Source of the DNA: an uncultured Devosia sp.
GTDB taxonomy: Bacteria > Pseudomonadota > Alphaproteobacteria > Rhizobiales > Devosiaceae
Reading direction: 5' to 3'
Length of the DNA stretch: 64,000 nt
Assembly (NCBI RefSeq): GCF_913055165.1
Contig: NZ_CAJXJS010000015.1
Location: 276-64,275 of the forward strand
This document shows positions 52,221 to 61,690 of the stretch, one piece after another. The position numbers and the translations under genes were made by a program. Each line of letters opens with the position of its first letter. Positions within the stretch are counted from its first letter, which is position 1. The notes under the pieces were generated by a model. That model was not told the DNA's origin, did no database searches, and worked only from the letters and a program-made list of their open reading frames with translations.

Positions 52221-54428
52221 ATGATCCGCGCACTCCATCGCTGGCCGGGTCTTCTTGCCCTCGCGCTCGTCACCGTCCTGAGCTTGAGCGGCGCAGCGCT
52301 GTCGGTTTTTCCTGCGGCTGAGCGCATCGCAACGCCGCAGGCGGAAGCCGAACTGACCGTCGCCGCTCTGGCTAACCGGATCCAGGCCGTCTATCCCGGC
52401 CTCGAGCAGATCCGCCGCTCGCCTTCAGGACGGATCACGGCCTATTGGTTCGACCAGGGGGCGCCGGGCGCCGCCGTGATCGATCCTGCAACGGGTCAGG
52501 GCATCGGCTCGGCCGATCCGAACCAGGTCGAACGCTGGCTCACCAACTTGCACCGTTCGCTGTTCCTCGGGGATGGCGGGCGCATCGCCATGGCCATGGG
52601 TGCTGCTGCGATGCTGGTCCTTTCGCTCTCCGGCGCAGCGCTGGTCGCGCGGCGGACAGGCGGCTGGCGGCAATGGTTCAAGCCCCTGCGCGGACCGCTC
52701 GCGAGCCGGGTGCATGTCGAGATCGCCCGCATCGCCGTCGTCGGCCTGGTTCTGTCCTCCACGACTGCCTTGTGGATGACGGCCTCCACTTTCGATCTTT
52801 TGCCAGACGGAGGTACCCAACCCGCCGTCCCCACCATCGTGAGCGGTGAGACGGGGTTCTCGCTCGACCAGATGCCCACGCTGCAACAGCTGCCTGTCAC
52901 CGAACTGCGTGAGCTGAGTTTTCCCTATCCCGGTGACGCGACGGACGTTTTCACGCTGAAGACCGATCAGGGTAGTGGATATCTCGATCAGGGCGACGGG
53001 GCCCTGCTGGCCTGGGCCGAGCTGACGGGATGGGAGCGTGCCTCGGAGACCATCTACATGTTGCACACTGGACAGGGCGCGGCGACGCTCGGGGTCGTGC
53101 TTGGGATCACGGCGCTCGGTATGCCGGCAATGGGTGCGACGGGCCTTCTGGTTTGGCTGGGCGGGCGGCGGGGTCGGCCGCGCATCCGGGGCAATCAGCC
53201 CGCGGGGCGCGCCGAGACGATCCTGCTCGTCGGCAGTGAGGGCGGCAGCACCTGGGGCTTCGCCGCGACGCTTCACGCCGCCCTCACCGAGGCCGGACAG
53301 AGCGTCCATGTCGGCCCGATGTCGAGCTTCGCTCCCGAACGCTACACTCAGGCCCGCCGCATCCTCCTGCTTGCCGCGACCTATGGCGACGGGGCGGCGC
53401 CGGCTTCGGCGAAACGCTTTGTCGACCGGCTGAACACGTCCGACCCAGTGCCGGACATTGGCCTGGCCGTGCTCGGATTCGGGGACCGCAGTTTTCCGGC
53501 TTATTGCGCCTTCGCCAGGACAGTCGCACAGACGGCGCGGAGGAAAGGTTGGCCCGAACTCCTGCCGCTCGACACCATCAACCGCCAATCACCACAGGAT
53601 TTCGCGCGCTGGGGCCGAGCGCTAGGAGAGGTGCTCGGCATCGCGCTGGACCTGTCGCACCAGCCGGTCCTGCCAGCCATCGACAGGTTGACCCTCGTCT
53701 CGCGCCGCGATTACGGCTCCGAGGTGCAGGCCCCGACCGCAATCCTGCGCTTCGCGCTTCCACATACTTCGCTTTGGCAAAGGCTGCGAGGGGTCGGGTT
53801 CGCCCGGTTCCAGGCCGGTGACCTGATCGGCATCCTGCCCGAGGGCACCGCCGTCCCGCGGCTCTACTCCCTCGCCTCCGGGCGCCGTGACGGCTTCATC
53901 GAGATCGTGGTCAAGAGGCATCCCGGCGGTCTCTGCTCGGGGCAACTGACGGCGCTTGAGCCGGGCGACAAAGTGTCTGCCTTCCTCCGCCGCAACCCCA
54001 GCTTCCGTCCGGGCCGGCGCCGGGCACCACTCATCCTGATCGGCGCAGGGACGGGCATCGGGCCGCTCGCGGGCTTCGTGCGCGGCAATGCGCGCCGCAG
54101 GCCGCTCCACCTGTTCTTCGGCATGCGCCATCCAGACAGTGACTATTTCTACGGGGAGGAGATGCCCGGTTGGCAGGGTGAGGGACGCCTGACCCGACTG
54201 GTCACGGCCGTCTCGCGCGGGGCGCGTCCCCACTACGTGCAGGACGCGCTGCGAGGAGAGGCGGTTCAGGTCGCCGAACTCGTCCGCAACGGGGCACGCA
54301 TCATGGTTTGCGGCGGACGGGACATGGCCGCAGGCGTGGCCGAGGCCCTTGCCGAAATTCTTGCGCCGGCCGGGTTCACGCCAGCAGCTCTGAAAGCGGA
54401 GGGACGATATGTCGAAGATGTCTACTGA
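52221..54428 (+). CDS. PepSY-associated TM helix protein fused to flavodoxin and FNR-type FAD/NAD(P)-binding domains
   Basis: LHRWPGL, NLHRSL, MLHTG (TM His residues); GSEGGSTWGFA and ATYGDG.AP flavodoxin motifs; RLYSLAS, GAGTGIGP, MVCGG..MA.GV, RYVEDVY FNR motifs. Confidence 0.88.
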   Translation: MIRALHRWPGLLALALVTVLSLSGAALSVFPAAERIATPQAEAELTVAALANRIQAVYPGLEQIRRSPSGRITAYWFDQGAPGAAVIDPATGQGIGSADPNQVERWLTNLHRSLFLGDGGRIAMAMGAAAMLVLSLSGAALVARRTGGWRQWFKPLRGPLASRVHVEIARIAVVGLVLSSTTALWMTASTFDLLPDGGTQPAVPTIVSGETGFSLDQMPTLQQLPVTELRELSFPYPGDATDVFTLKTDQGSGYLDQGDGALLAWAELTGWERASETIYMLHTGQGAATLGVVLGITALGMPAMGATGLLVWLGGRRGRPRIRGNQPAGRAETILLVGSEGGSTWGFAATLHAALTEAGQSVHVGPMSSFAPERYTQARRILLLAATYGDGAAPASAKRFVDRLNTSDPVPDIGLAVLGFGDRSFPAYCAFARTVAQTARRKGWPELLPLDTINRQSPQDFARWGRALGEVLGIALDLSHQPVLPAIDRLTLVSRRDYGSEVQAPTAILRFALPHTSLWQRLRGVGFARFQAGDLIGILPEGTAVPRLYSLASGRRDGFIEIVVKRHPGGLCSGQLTALEPGDKVSAFLRRNPSFRPGRRRAPLILIGAGTGIGPLAGFVRGNARRRPLHLFFGMRHPDSDYFYGEEMPGWQGEGRLTRLVTAVSRGARPHYVQDALRGEAVQVAELVRNGARIMVCGGRDMAAGVAEALAEILAPAGFTPAALKAEGRYVEDVY

Positions 54429-55389
54429 GAACGTCCGGGTCGCCCTCAACGGCCCCACGATGGGTACGCGCTGGTCCGCTTTATTCTTTGCAGAACCGGG
54501 TCTCGACTCCCAGCCGATCCGCGCGGCTCTGCAAGCAGCAGTGGACGACGTGGATGCTCAGATGTCCACTTGGAAGCCCGCCAGCGATCTGATGCGGCTC
54601 AACGCAGCGCCAGTGGGCGAATGGCTGGCAGTTCCCCGGCAGCTGGCCGCGCTCTTGCAACTCGGTCTCGATATCGGCAGGGCCTCGGGCGGGGCCTTCG
54701 ACGTCGGTATGGGCGATGCGGTGACGGCCTGGGGCTTCGGGCCGGAGGGCGCTGCGCCCGAACGCATCCGTACCGCGATGTCCGCCGTGCGTCGTCCGGC
54801 GCATGAAATCCTCGAGATCCACGGCGACCATGTCCGCAAATCCGCAGCCCTGGCACTCGACCTCAACGGCATCGCCAAGGGCCATGGCGTTGATCGGCTG
54901 GCCGAGACACTGCGCGACCATGGGATCGCTGACGGGCTCGTCGGAATTGATGGGGAAATGCGCGCCATGGGCCTCCGGCTGGACGGCGACGCCTGGATCA
55001 TCGCGGTCGAGGCGCCGGACCCCAAGCGTCGGGTGCCTCAATCGATTCTCACGCTTGAGGATGCAGCCGTGGCCACTTCGGGCGACTACCGCCACTGGGT
55101 GGAGGTGCAGGGGCAACGTCTGTCGCACACGATGGACCCAAGGCGCGGCGCGCCGCTGACCGCATCGCCGGCCTCTGTCACAGTCATCGCGCGCACCTGT
55201 GCCGAGGCCGACGCCTGGGCCACGGCGCTCATGGTGCTCGGTCCCGTCAGGGGCGCAGAAATGGCCCGCCAAAGTAGGCTCGACGCCCTGTTTCTCCTGC
55301 GCGATAGTGATGGAAATATCAGAGATGAGGGTGTCGGACCGATTTTCTCCAAAGAGCTAGCGGCAAGTGGCTCAGCAGAGGGGAGATGA
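54409..55389 (+). CDS. apbE: FAD:protein FMN transferase (ApbE family), no signal peptide
   Basis: GPTMGTRW, LDLNGIAKG, A.ATSGDYR, SHTMDPR.G.P, ADAWATALMV. Confidence 0.9.
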   Translation: MSKMSTENVRVALNGPTMGTRWSALFFAEPGLDSQPIRAALQAAVDDVDAQMSTWKPASDLMRLNAAPVGEWLAVPRQLAALLQLGLDIGRASGGAFDVGMGDAVTAWGFGPEGAAPERIRTAMSAVRRPAHEILEIHGDHVRKSAALALDLNGIAKGHGVDRLAETLRDHGIADGLVGIDGEMRAMGLRLDGDAWIIAVEAPDPKRRVPQSILTLEDAAVATSGDYRHWVEVQGQRLSHTMDPRRGAPLTASPASVTVIARTCAEADAWATALMVLGPVRGAEMARQSRLDALFLLRDSDGNIRDEGVGPIFSKELAASGSAEGR

Positions 55390-55595
55390 ATTGCATGGAA
55401 ACGCTTCGAACCAATCGCTTCAAGATGGCGACCCCGCTCGTTGCCGCGATAAACCACATCTCGGGCGTGGGGTTTCATGCGCTACGCGCCACGCCAGCAC
55501 CCGACCAGGTGGTCCTGTACGCTCTCTCCGAGCAAGAGTGTGGGCCCGTCATGATGCTGGATGACGGTTTGAACACCCAAGGAGCCGCTACATGA
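55386..55595 (+). CDS. Small ORF (69 aa) coupled to both neighbours
   Basis: ATGA overlap with the apbE stop and with the VIT1 start; upstream GAGGGGAG. Confidence 0.5.
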   Translation: MNCMETLRTNRFKMATPLVAAINHISGVGFHALRATPAPDQVVLYALSEQECGPVMMLDDGLNTQGAAT

Positions 55596-56293
55596 GCCGT
55601 CTGTCCCATTCCGAGATCCATATGGTGCATCGCATTGGCTGGCTGCGGGCGGCCGTTCTAGGTGCCAATGATGGCCTCGTCTCGACCGCGAGCCTGGTTG
55701 TCGGCGTGGCCGCTGCGGGATCCGGGAAGCCGGAGGTGTTGATCGCGGGGCTGGCAGGTCTGGTGGCCGGTGCGATGTCCATGGCGGCGGGAGAATACGT
55801 CTCGGTCAGTTCACAGACCGATGCCGAACGCGCCGATCTTGCTCGCGAAGCGCGCGAACTGGCGGAAACGCCTGACGCAGAACTCGAGGAGCTGATCCAA
55901 ATATATGTGGGCCGCGGGCTCGACCGGGATCTGGCCGAGCGGGTAGCTGTTCAGCTCACCGAACGAGACGCGCTCGGGTCGCATGCGCGAGACGAACTCG
56001 GCATCTCCGAAACCGTGACCGCCCGCCCGATCCAGGCCGCGCTGGTTTCGGCGCTCACCTTCGCCGTCGGCGCGGTGGTTCCACTGATCGTCACGCTGCT
56101 CGTGCCGGAAAGCGCTGTCGCGCTTCTTGTTGCGGCATCGACCATTCTTGGTCTCGCGATTCTGGGTGGACTGGGCGCATCGGCCGGGGGTGCGGGCGTT
56201 ATTCGCGGCGCCGCCAGGGTCACCCTCTGGGGAGCTCTCGCAATGGCCGCGACAGCGGCAGTCGGAGCGCTGTTTGGCGTCACGGTAGGCTAG
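55592..56293 (+). CDS. VIT1/CCC1 family Fe/Mn transporter
   Basis: WLRAAVLGANDGLVS, AGAMSMAAGEYVSVSSQ.D.E, HARDELG. Confidence 0.94.
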   Translation: MSRLSHSEIHMVHRIGWLRAAVLGANDGLVSTASLVVGVAAAGSGKPEVLIAGLAGLVAGAMSMAAGEYVSVSSQTDAERADLAREARELAETPDAELEELIQIYVGRGLDRDLAERVAVQLTERDALGSHARDELGISETVTARPIQAALVSALTFAVGAVVPLIVTLLVPESAVALLVAASTILGLAILGGLGASAGGAGVIRGAARVTLWGALAMAATAAVGALFGVTVG

Positions 56294-56352
56294 AAACGCT
56301 TTCCTTGGGCTCGCCAGCGGCCAAATAGTGGAATTCAGCACGCCTACACTCA

Positions 56353-56535
56353 GCGGTGCTTGGGCTCCTGTTGTCCGCCACCGGTGCGGCGTACCTGGGA
56401 GTGCCGTTCTTGCCGGACCCGCTCGTGGTGCTACTGGCCTTTGGGTTTTCTGGCCTGGTCGGCATCATTTTTGGATATTTTCCGGCCCGCGGCGCTGCGC
56501 GTCTGGACCCGATCGAGGCGCTCAGGCGCGAATAG
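56353..56535 (+). pseudogene. Remnant C-terminus of a MacB/FtsX-type ABC permease
   Basis: Frame not in the ORF track: ...[34 protein letters not shown]. In-frame stop at 56326, and the rest of the gene is absent. Confidence 0.8.
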
Positions 56536-56630
56536 GTCAGGCCACGGTTTCCGTTCACGACACCGGCAGTCTGATGACAGGCAAGCACCACGGATCAGGA
56601 ACGGCACATAGGCCCCTCTGGTGGTGGCTC

Positions 56631-57074
56631 TCAGGCAGATTCACGACGGGCAATTGAGGGCCAGAGTTGCCGCAGACCCTTGGGGAAATGATCGATGACC
56701 TTGGCTGTTTCGCCCGGGTCCAGCTTCTGCCAGACAACATCGAAAACGGCTTCAGCGACCATCTTGGGGTTGCGCTGGTAGTTGGGCGGCAGTTCACCGG
56801 CCAGCCGCTCGCAGAACTCCTCCACGGTGTTGTCGGGTGTGGGTTTTCCAGCCATCTTCCAGCCTTCGAAGAAGAGGCCTCGGACAATCATCGGCAATTG
56901 TGCCGACAGGTGTACAGCTGCTTCCGGAGGCAGGCGGTCGCGCAAGGCGTGCAGGGCAGCGCGCAGGGCCGGATAGGCCAGCCGTGAATCGTCCAGGTGC
57001 AGTTTCTCTGCCGTGGCCTTGAGCCAGATATTGCCGTCGTCAATGGCGGCGTCGAAGGGGGAATGTCTGGTCAT
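56631..57074 (-). CDS. DUF2267-domain protein
   Basis: WLK, ALRA.LHALRDRLP, QLPM.VRG.F.EGW, V..HFPK..R.LWP; GGAGG upstream of ATG 57074. Confidence 0.85.
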   Translation of the reverse strand: MTRHSPFDAAIDDGNIWLKATAEKLHLDDSRLAYPALRAALHALRDRLPPEAAVHLSAQLPMIVRGLFFEGWKMAGKPTPDNTVEEFCERLAGELPPNYQRNPKMVAEAVFDVVWQKLDPGETAKVIDHFPKGLRQLWPSIARRESA

Positions 57075-57147
57075 GCGTTCCTCCGTTGTGTTTCCTGATG
57101 GGCAGGATTGGCCCTTTGGATACTGGCCGCTATCGACCGTCGAAGCT

Positions 57148-57161
57148 TTGACCGGGGTCAT
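57148..57161. promoter_or_regulatory. FNR/FixK-type box 1 (for DUF2267)
   Basis: TTGAC-CGGG-GTCAT. Confidence 0.65.
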
Positions 57162-57213
57162 TTTCTGCATCGCTTCATGTGCCGCCCGACCGCCAGGCGC
57201 GTGCGGCCTGCGC

Positions 57214-57227
57214 TTGACAGAGGTCAA
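57214..57227. promoter_or_regulatory. FNR/FixK-type box 2 (for ftsH)
   Basis: TTGAC-AGAG-GTCAA. Confidence 0.78.
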
Positions 57228-57283
57228 TGCCGATCATTCCGCAGAGCCGTAACAAGGACGGGCTTGGGTCCTGGAGGTCGATA

Positions 57284-59134
57284 ATGAACAAGAGTCGGCA
57301 GTATACCCTCTGGTACTGGGTCGTTGCGTTGGCCCTGTTCGGCCTGTTCCAGTTATGGATGGGATATCGGTCAGTTGCGACGATCACCTACAGTGAGATG
57401 CTGGACTATCTCGACAGAGGCGTCATCGCCGAGGTGTCCATCACCGACACCGTGATCGAAGGACAGTTTCAGTCGCCCCAGAACGGCTACGACCACTTCA
57501 TAACGCGCCGCGCTGACCCCCAAATGGTCGAGCTGTTTACCAAAGCGGGCGTGCCGGTGCGCGGCGCAAGCGATGAGAACTGGCTGGGGACGCTGATTTC
57601 GTGGATCGCCCCTGCCCTCGTCCTCGTAGCCTTCTGGTGGTTCGCATTTCGGGGCATAGCCGAGCGCAGCGGCATCGGAGGGCTTACCGCCATCGGCAAG
57701 TCGGGCGCCCGCGTCTATGTTGAGAAGGATACCGGCGTGACTTTCGCCGACGTGGCCGGCATTGACGAGGCCAAGGCGGAACTGCTCGAGATCGTCTCCT
57801 TCCTCAAGGACAAGGAGAGATATGGCCGCCTCGGGGCACGCATCCCCAAGGGCGTATTGCTGGTCGGTCCACCCGGTACCGGAAAGACCCTCATGGCGAG
57901 AGCGGTCGCAGGCGAGGCCAATGTGCCGTTCTTTTCCATATCGGGATCGGAATTCGTCGAGATGTTCGTAGGCGTGGGTGCGGCCCGGGTTCGAGACCTT
58001 TTCGAACAGGCGCGGCAAGTGGCACCCTGCATCATCTTCATCGACGAGCTCGACGCGCTGGGACGTGCCCGTTCGCCATTCGGCAATCTCGGCGGACAGG
58101 ACGAGAAGGAGCAGACGCTCAACCAGTTGCTTTCGGAACTGGACGGCTTCGATCCGCGTGTCGGCATCGTGCTGCTGGCGGCGACAAACCGGCCGGAGAT
58201 TCTCGATCCGGCGCTGTTGCGGGCCGGCCGGTTTGACCGGCAAATCGCCATCGACCGACCCGACGTGCGGGGGCGCGCCGCCATTCTGGCGGTCCATATG
58301 CGCAAAGTGCGGTCGGTTCAGGGGCTGAAGCTCGACGACATTGCCGCTCTGACGCCGGGCTTCACTGGCGCCGATCTCGCCAATCTCGTCAATGAGGCGG
58401 CGATCGTCGCCACCCGTCGCGGTGCCGAGGCGGTGACCATGGACGATTTCACCCGCGCCGTGGAGCGGATCATTGCCGGCACCGAGCGCAATCGCCTGTT
58501 GCTGCCCAGCGAGCGCAGGCGCGTTGCCTATCACGAAATGGGGCACGCACTGGTGGCCGCGTCCATTCCCGGTACAGACCGGGTGCACAAGGTTTCCATC
58601 ATTCCACGCGCCATTGGGGCGCTGGGCTACACCATCCAGCGCCCCACCGATGACCGCTATGTCATCACATCAGCCGAGTTGCTCGATCGCATGGCCGTAC
58701 TCATGGGCGGACGGGCCGCCGAGCAAATCGCCCTGGGTGACGTGTCGACCGGCGCTGCGGACGATCTGGCCAAGGTCACAGACATTGCCCGCCAATACGT
58801 CGCCCGTTTCGGCATGCACGAGGCCACCGGCCAGGCCGTGCTGGAACAGGAAAGACAGGCCTATCTCAATGTGGTCGAGCCACGCTCGATGCGGGACTAT
58901 TCGGAGGAAACCGCGCGGGAACTGGACCTGGCTGTGCGCGGCCTGATCATCGATGCCTTCGGGCGCGCCAAGGCGATCCTGGCCGGCCGTCGCCCCGATC
59001 TCGACCGGGGTGCCGCGCTGCTGCTTGAGCGCGAGATTGTCACGCCCGACGATTTCCCGCCGCTCAGGCCCGCCGAGGTACAGGCAGAGAAGGCGGTCCC
59101 CTCCAGTGCGTCCCAGCGTGCGGCAGGCGCTTGA
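57284..59134 (+). CDS. ftsH: ATP-dependent zinc metalloprotease FtsH (probably an accessory copy)
   Basis: Two TM segments, [43 protein letters not shown] zinc motif; GGAGG upstream of ATG 57284. Confidence 0.95.
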   Translation: MNKSRQYTLWYWVVALALFGLFQLWMGYRSVATITYSEMLDYLDRGVIAEVSITDTVIEGQFQSPQNGYDHFITRRADPQMVELFTKAGVPVRGASDENWLGTLISWIAPALVLVAFWWFAFRGIAERSGIGGLTAIGKSGARVYVEKDTGVTFADVAGIDEAKAELLEIVSFLKDKERYGRLGARIPKGVLLVGPPGTGKTLMARAVAGEANVPFFSISGSEFVEMFVGVGAARVRDLFEQARQVAPCIIFIDELDALGRARSPFGNLGGQDEKEQTLNQLLSELDGFDPRVGIVLLAATNRPEILDPALLRAGRFDRQIAIDRPDVRGRAAILAVHMRKVRSVQGLKLDDIAALTPGFTGADLANLVNEAAIVATRRGAEAVTMDDFTRAVERIIAGTERNRLLLPSERRRVAYHEMGHALVAASIPGTDRVHKVSIIPRAIGALGYTIQRPTDDRYVITSAELLDRMAVLMGGRAAEQIALGDVSTGAADDLAKVTDIARQYVARFGMHEATGQAVLEQERQAYLNVVEPRSMRDYSEETARELDLAVRGLIIDAFGRAKAILAGRRPDLDRGAALLLEREIVTPDDFPPLRPAEVQAEKAVPSSASQRAAGA

Positions 59135-59185
59135 CGCAAACAGGCAAGAAACCACCCCCCCGCGACATCATCCCGCCCTCTGCGA

Positions 59186-60808
59186 CTAGCCGGTGAGTTC
59201 CTCAGGCATGGCTATTTGCGGCCTTGGTTCGGGGACCTCCGTCATCGTCGCCTCGGTCAGGAGCAGCACGCCGGCGACGCTCACTGCGTTCTCCAGGGCG
59301 ATGCGCACGACCTTGGTGGGATCAATGATGCCGGTCTCGATCATATCCACATAAGTCTTGCGCCCCGCGTCAAAGCCGATATTGCCGCTGCCCTCGAGCA
59401 TGCGGGCAACAACAATGCCCCCGTCCGTCACCGAATTGTCAGCGATCTGCCGGGCGGGGGCCTCGATGGCGCGCCGCAGAATCTGGACGCCTGTATGTTC
59501 GTCGCCCTCGCAGAGCTTGGCCTCTTCATCCAGAGCACTGGCACAGCGCAGCAGGGCAAGGCCGCCACCAGGCACAATGCCCTCAGCCACAGCGGCCTTG
59601 GTGGCGCTGATCGCATCGTCCAGTGCCTCCTTGCGCGACTTCATCTCCGCTTCCGTCGGTGCACCAACGCGGATCACAGCGACGCCGCCGCTGAGTTTTC
59701 CCAGGCGTTCCTGAAGTTTTTCCCGGTCATAGTCGCTGGAGGTTCCGGCAATTTGCTGGCGTAATTGCTGGCGCCGCCCGTCTATCGCAGACTTCTTGCC
59801 CTTGCCGCCCACGATGGTGGTGGTGTCCTTGTCAACCAGAACGCGGGCGGCGTGACCAAGCTGGTCCGTGCCGACGTTCTCGAGCTTCATCCCCAGATCC
59901 TGCGAGATGACCTGACCGCCAGTCATAATCGCCAGGTCTTCCAGCATGGCCTTGCGCCGGTCGCCAAAGCCGGGCGCCTTGACCGCGCAGTTGTGAAAGG
60001 TGCCGCGGATATTGTTGACGATGAGCGTGGCCAGCGCTTCGCCTTCGACATCCTCGGCAATGACCAGCAGCGGTATGGCGGCCTTGGCGACGGTCTCAAG
60101 CAATGGCAACAGATCGGCGAGCACGGCAATCTTGCCGTCCACGATCAGAATTCCGGCATTCTCGAATTCGGTCTTCATGCGCTCGGGATCTGTGACGAAA
60201 TAGGGGGACAGGAACCCCCGGTCGAATTGCATTCCTTCCACGACGTCCAGCGAGGTCTCGGTGGTCTTGGCTTCCTCCACCGTTATGACCCCTTCTCCAC
60301 CGACCTTTTCCATGGCGTCGGCAACCAATGCGCCGACAGTGGGGTCGTTATGGGCAGAGATGGTCGCCACCTGCTCCTTTTCCTTGCGGCTCACCACCGG
60401 CCGCGAGATATCCTTGAGCACCGCCATGGCGCGCTTGAGCCCGCGGTCGAGCCCATGCTTGATTTCGATGGCGCTGGCGCCGGCCACCACGTTGCGGATG
60501 CCATCGGCGAAGATGGCGTGGGCGAGGATGGTAGACGTGCTGGTGCCATCGCCCACCATGTCCCCGGTACGCTCCGCCGCTTCTCGGAGCATGCGGGCAC
60601 CGAGGTTTTCTTCCGCGTCCTTGAGCTGGAACTCCTTGGCGATGGTCACACCATCATTGCAGACCAGTGGTGGGCCCCATTTGCGCTCGATCAGCACCGA
60701 TTTCGACCTTGGCCCCAGCGTCACCCTGATCGCGTCAGCCAGTTGCGTGGCACCGCGCAGGATTTTCTCCCGCGCCTCGGATCGAAACAGAACCTGCTTG
60801 TGCGGCAT
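59186..60808 (-). CDS. groEL: Chaperonin GroEL (accessory copy; no adjacent groES, no GGM tail)
   Basis: TLGPR, NDGVTIAKE, GDGTST, FDRG.LSPYF, KAPGFGDRRK, GIVPGGG. Confidence 0.95.
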   Translation of the reverse strand: MPHKQVLFRSEAREKILRGATQLADAIRVTLGPRSKSVLIERKWGPPLVCNDGVTIAKEFQLKDAEENLGARMLREAAERTGDMVGDGTSTSTILAHAIFADGIRNVVAGASAIEIKHGLDRGLKRAMAVLKDISRPVVSRKEKEQVATISAHNDPTVGALVADAMEKVGGEGVITVEEAKTTETSLDVVEGMQFDRGFLSPYFVTDPERMKTEFENAGILIVDGKIAVLADLLPLLETVAKAAIPLLVIAEDVEGEALATLIVNNIRGTFHNCAVKAPGFGDRRKAMLEDLAIMTGGQVISQDLGMKLENVGTDQLGHAARVLVDKDTTTIVGGKGKKSAIDGRRQQLRQQIAGTSSDYDREKLQERLGKLSGGVAVIRVGAPTEAEMKSRKEALDDAISATKAAVAEGIVPGGGLALLRCASALDEEAKLCEGDEHTGVQILRRAIEAPARQIADNSVTDGGIVVARMLEGSGNIGFDAGRKTYVDMIETGIIDPTKVVRIALENAVSVAGVLLLTEATMTEVPEPRPQIAMPEELTG

Positions 60809-60869
60809 GGCTGACCTCGTCGGACCGGATTGTCGACAAAGAGTCTAGGACTGGCACCCGCCGAGGGAA

Positions 60870-60883
60870 TTGATGGTGGTCAA
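60870..60883. promoter_or_regulatory. FNR/FixK-type box 3 (for groEL)
   Basis: TTGAT-GGTG-GTCAA. Confidence 0.75.
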
Positions 60884-61066
60884 GATTGTGACCGGCGGGA
60901 CGCCCGCCAAAATGCGCGGCGAGCGGCACGCTGACCAGGCAGGTGAACGCTCACGCGGAAAAGACCACAGCCGAAAAGGTCGCATGAGCAGCGCCGGCCG
61001 TGCAATCGCTGGAAGACAATTTGCGCTTCGACTGACCGGGCCCATCGGATCAACTCCTTCGAAATC

Positions 61067-61080
61067 TTGACGCCGGTCAA
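61067..61080. promoter_or_regulatory. FNR/FixK-type box 4 (for DUF883)
   Basis: TTGAC-GCCG-GTCAA. Confidence 0.78.
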
Positions 61081-61136
61081 ACCGCTCAGTCGGCATGTTT
61101 CTAGGCTCGCATCAGGTATCAAAGAGGACCGCCATC

Positions 61137-61460
61137 ATGACGAGCGCAAACAAAGCAATGCCCTACGATCAGGCTTTCAATGACCTTGTGAGCAAGGTCT
61201 CGCGTCTGCAAACCGACCTGTCCGACATTGCGGGGGGCCTAGGCGCCATTTCCGCACACGGCATGGAGGATCTTCGCGAGGAGACGACCGAACGCGCCTC
61301 TGCTCTTGCGAGAGAAAGTCAGCGCCTAGCCGAGCAGGCAAGGCGCAATGCTGCAAGCCTCGAAAGATCATTCGAGGATTCCCTGCGCCGTCAGCCCCTG
61401 CTGACCGTCGGGGTTGCCGCAGCGATCGGCTTCCTGCTTTCCTTGGCTGTGCGCAGGTAG
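61137..61460 (+). CDS. DUF883/ElaB/YqjD-family tail-anchored protein
   Basis: Amphipathic body ending in ..RRQPLLTVGVAAAIGFLLSLAVRR. Confidence 0.82.
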   Translation: MTSANKAMPYDQAFNDLVSKVSRLQTDLSDIAGGLGAISAHGMEDLREETTERASALARESQRLAEQARRNAASLERSFEDSLRRQPLLTVGVAAAIGFLLSLAVRR

Positions 61461-61622
61461 CCCGGCCCCAGCTCAAGCATTGGATGACACCGGCGCCCTG
61501 GACACTCTGGGGCGCCGGCATAGTCATGTAATTTCGCTCTAGGGCCGATAATCCACGGGCCCAGGCGCGGCCGATCCGAGACGTAGATCAGCACGACGAG
61601 TCGATGGTCTTGTGTTTCATTT

Positions 61623-61636
61623 TTGACGGTCGTCAA
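61623..61636. promoter_or_regulatory. FNR/FixK-type box 5 (for the E1 operon)
   Basis: TTGAC-GGTC-GTCAA. Confidence 0.78.
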
Positions 61637-61690
61637 GGCGGCCCCGAACCCCCCTCCCATAATTCATGGACAATTGCGGAGGACTTCAAA

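Noticed and set aside
60809-61136. A groES hidden upstream of groEL
   Set aside because: None of the listed ORFs in the gap shows GroES motifs (PL.DRV, G.G).
61604-61690. Longer N-terminus for E1 alpha from ATG 61604
   Set aside because: It would place the FNR/FixK box inside the CDS and has no ribosome-binding site; ATG 61691 has GGAGGA and gives a normal-length Tat leader.
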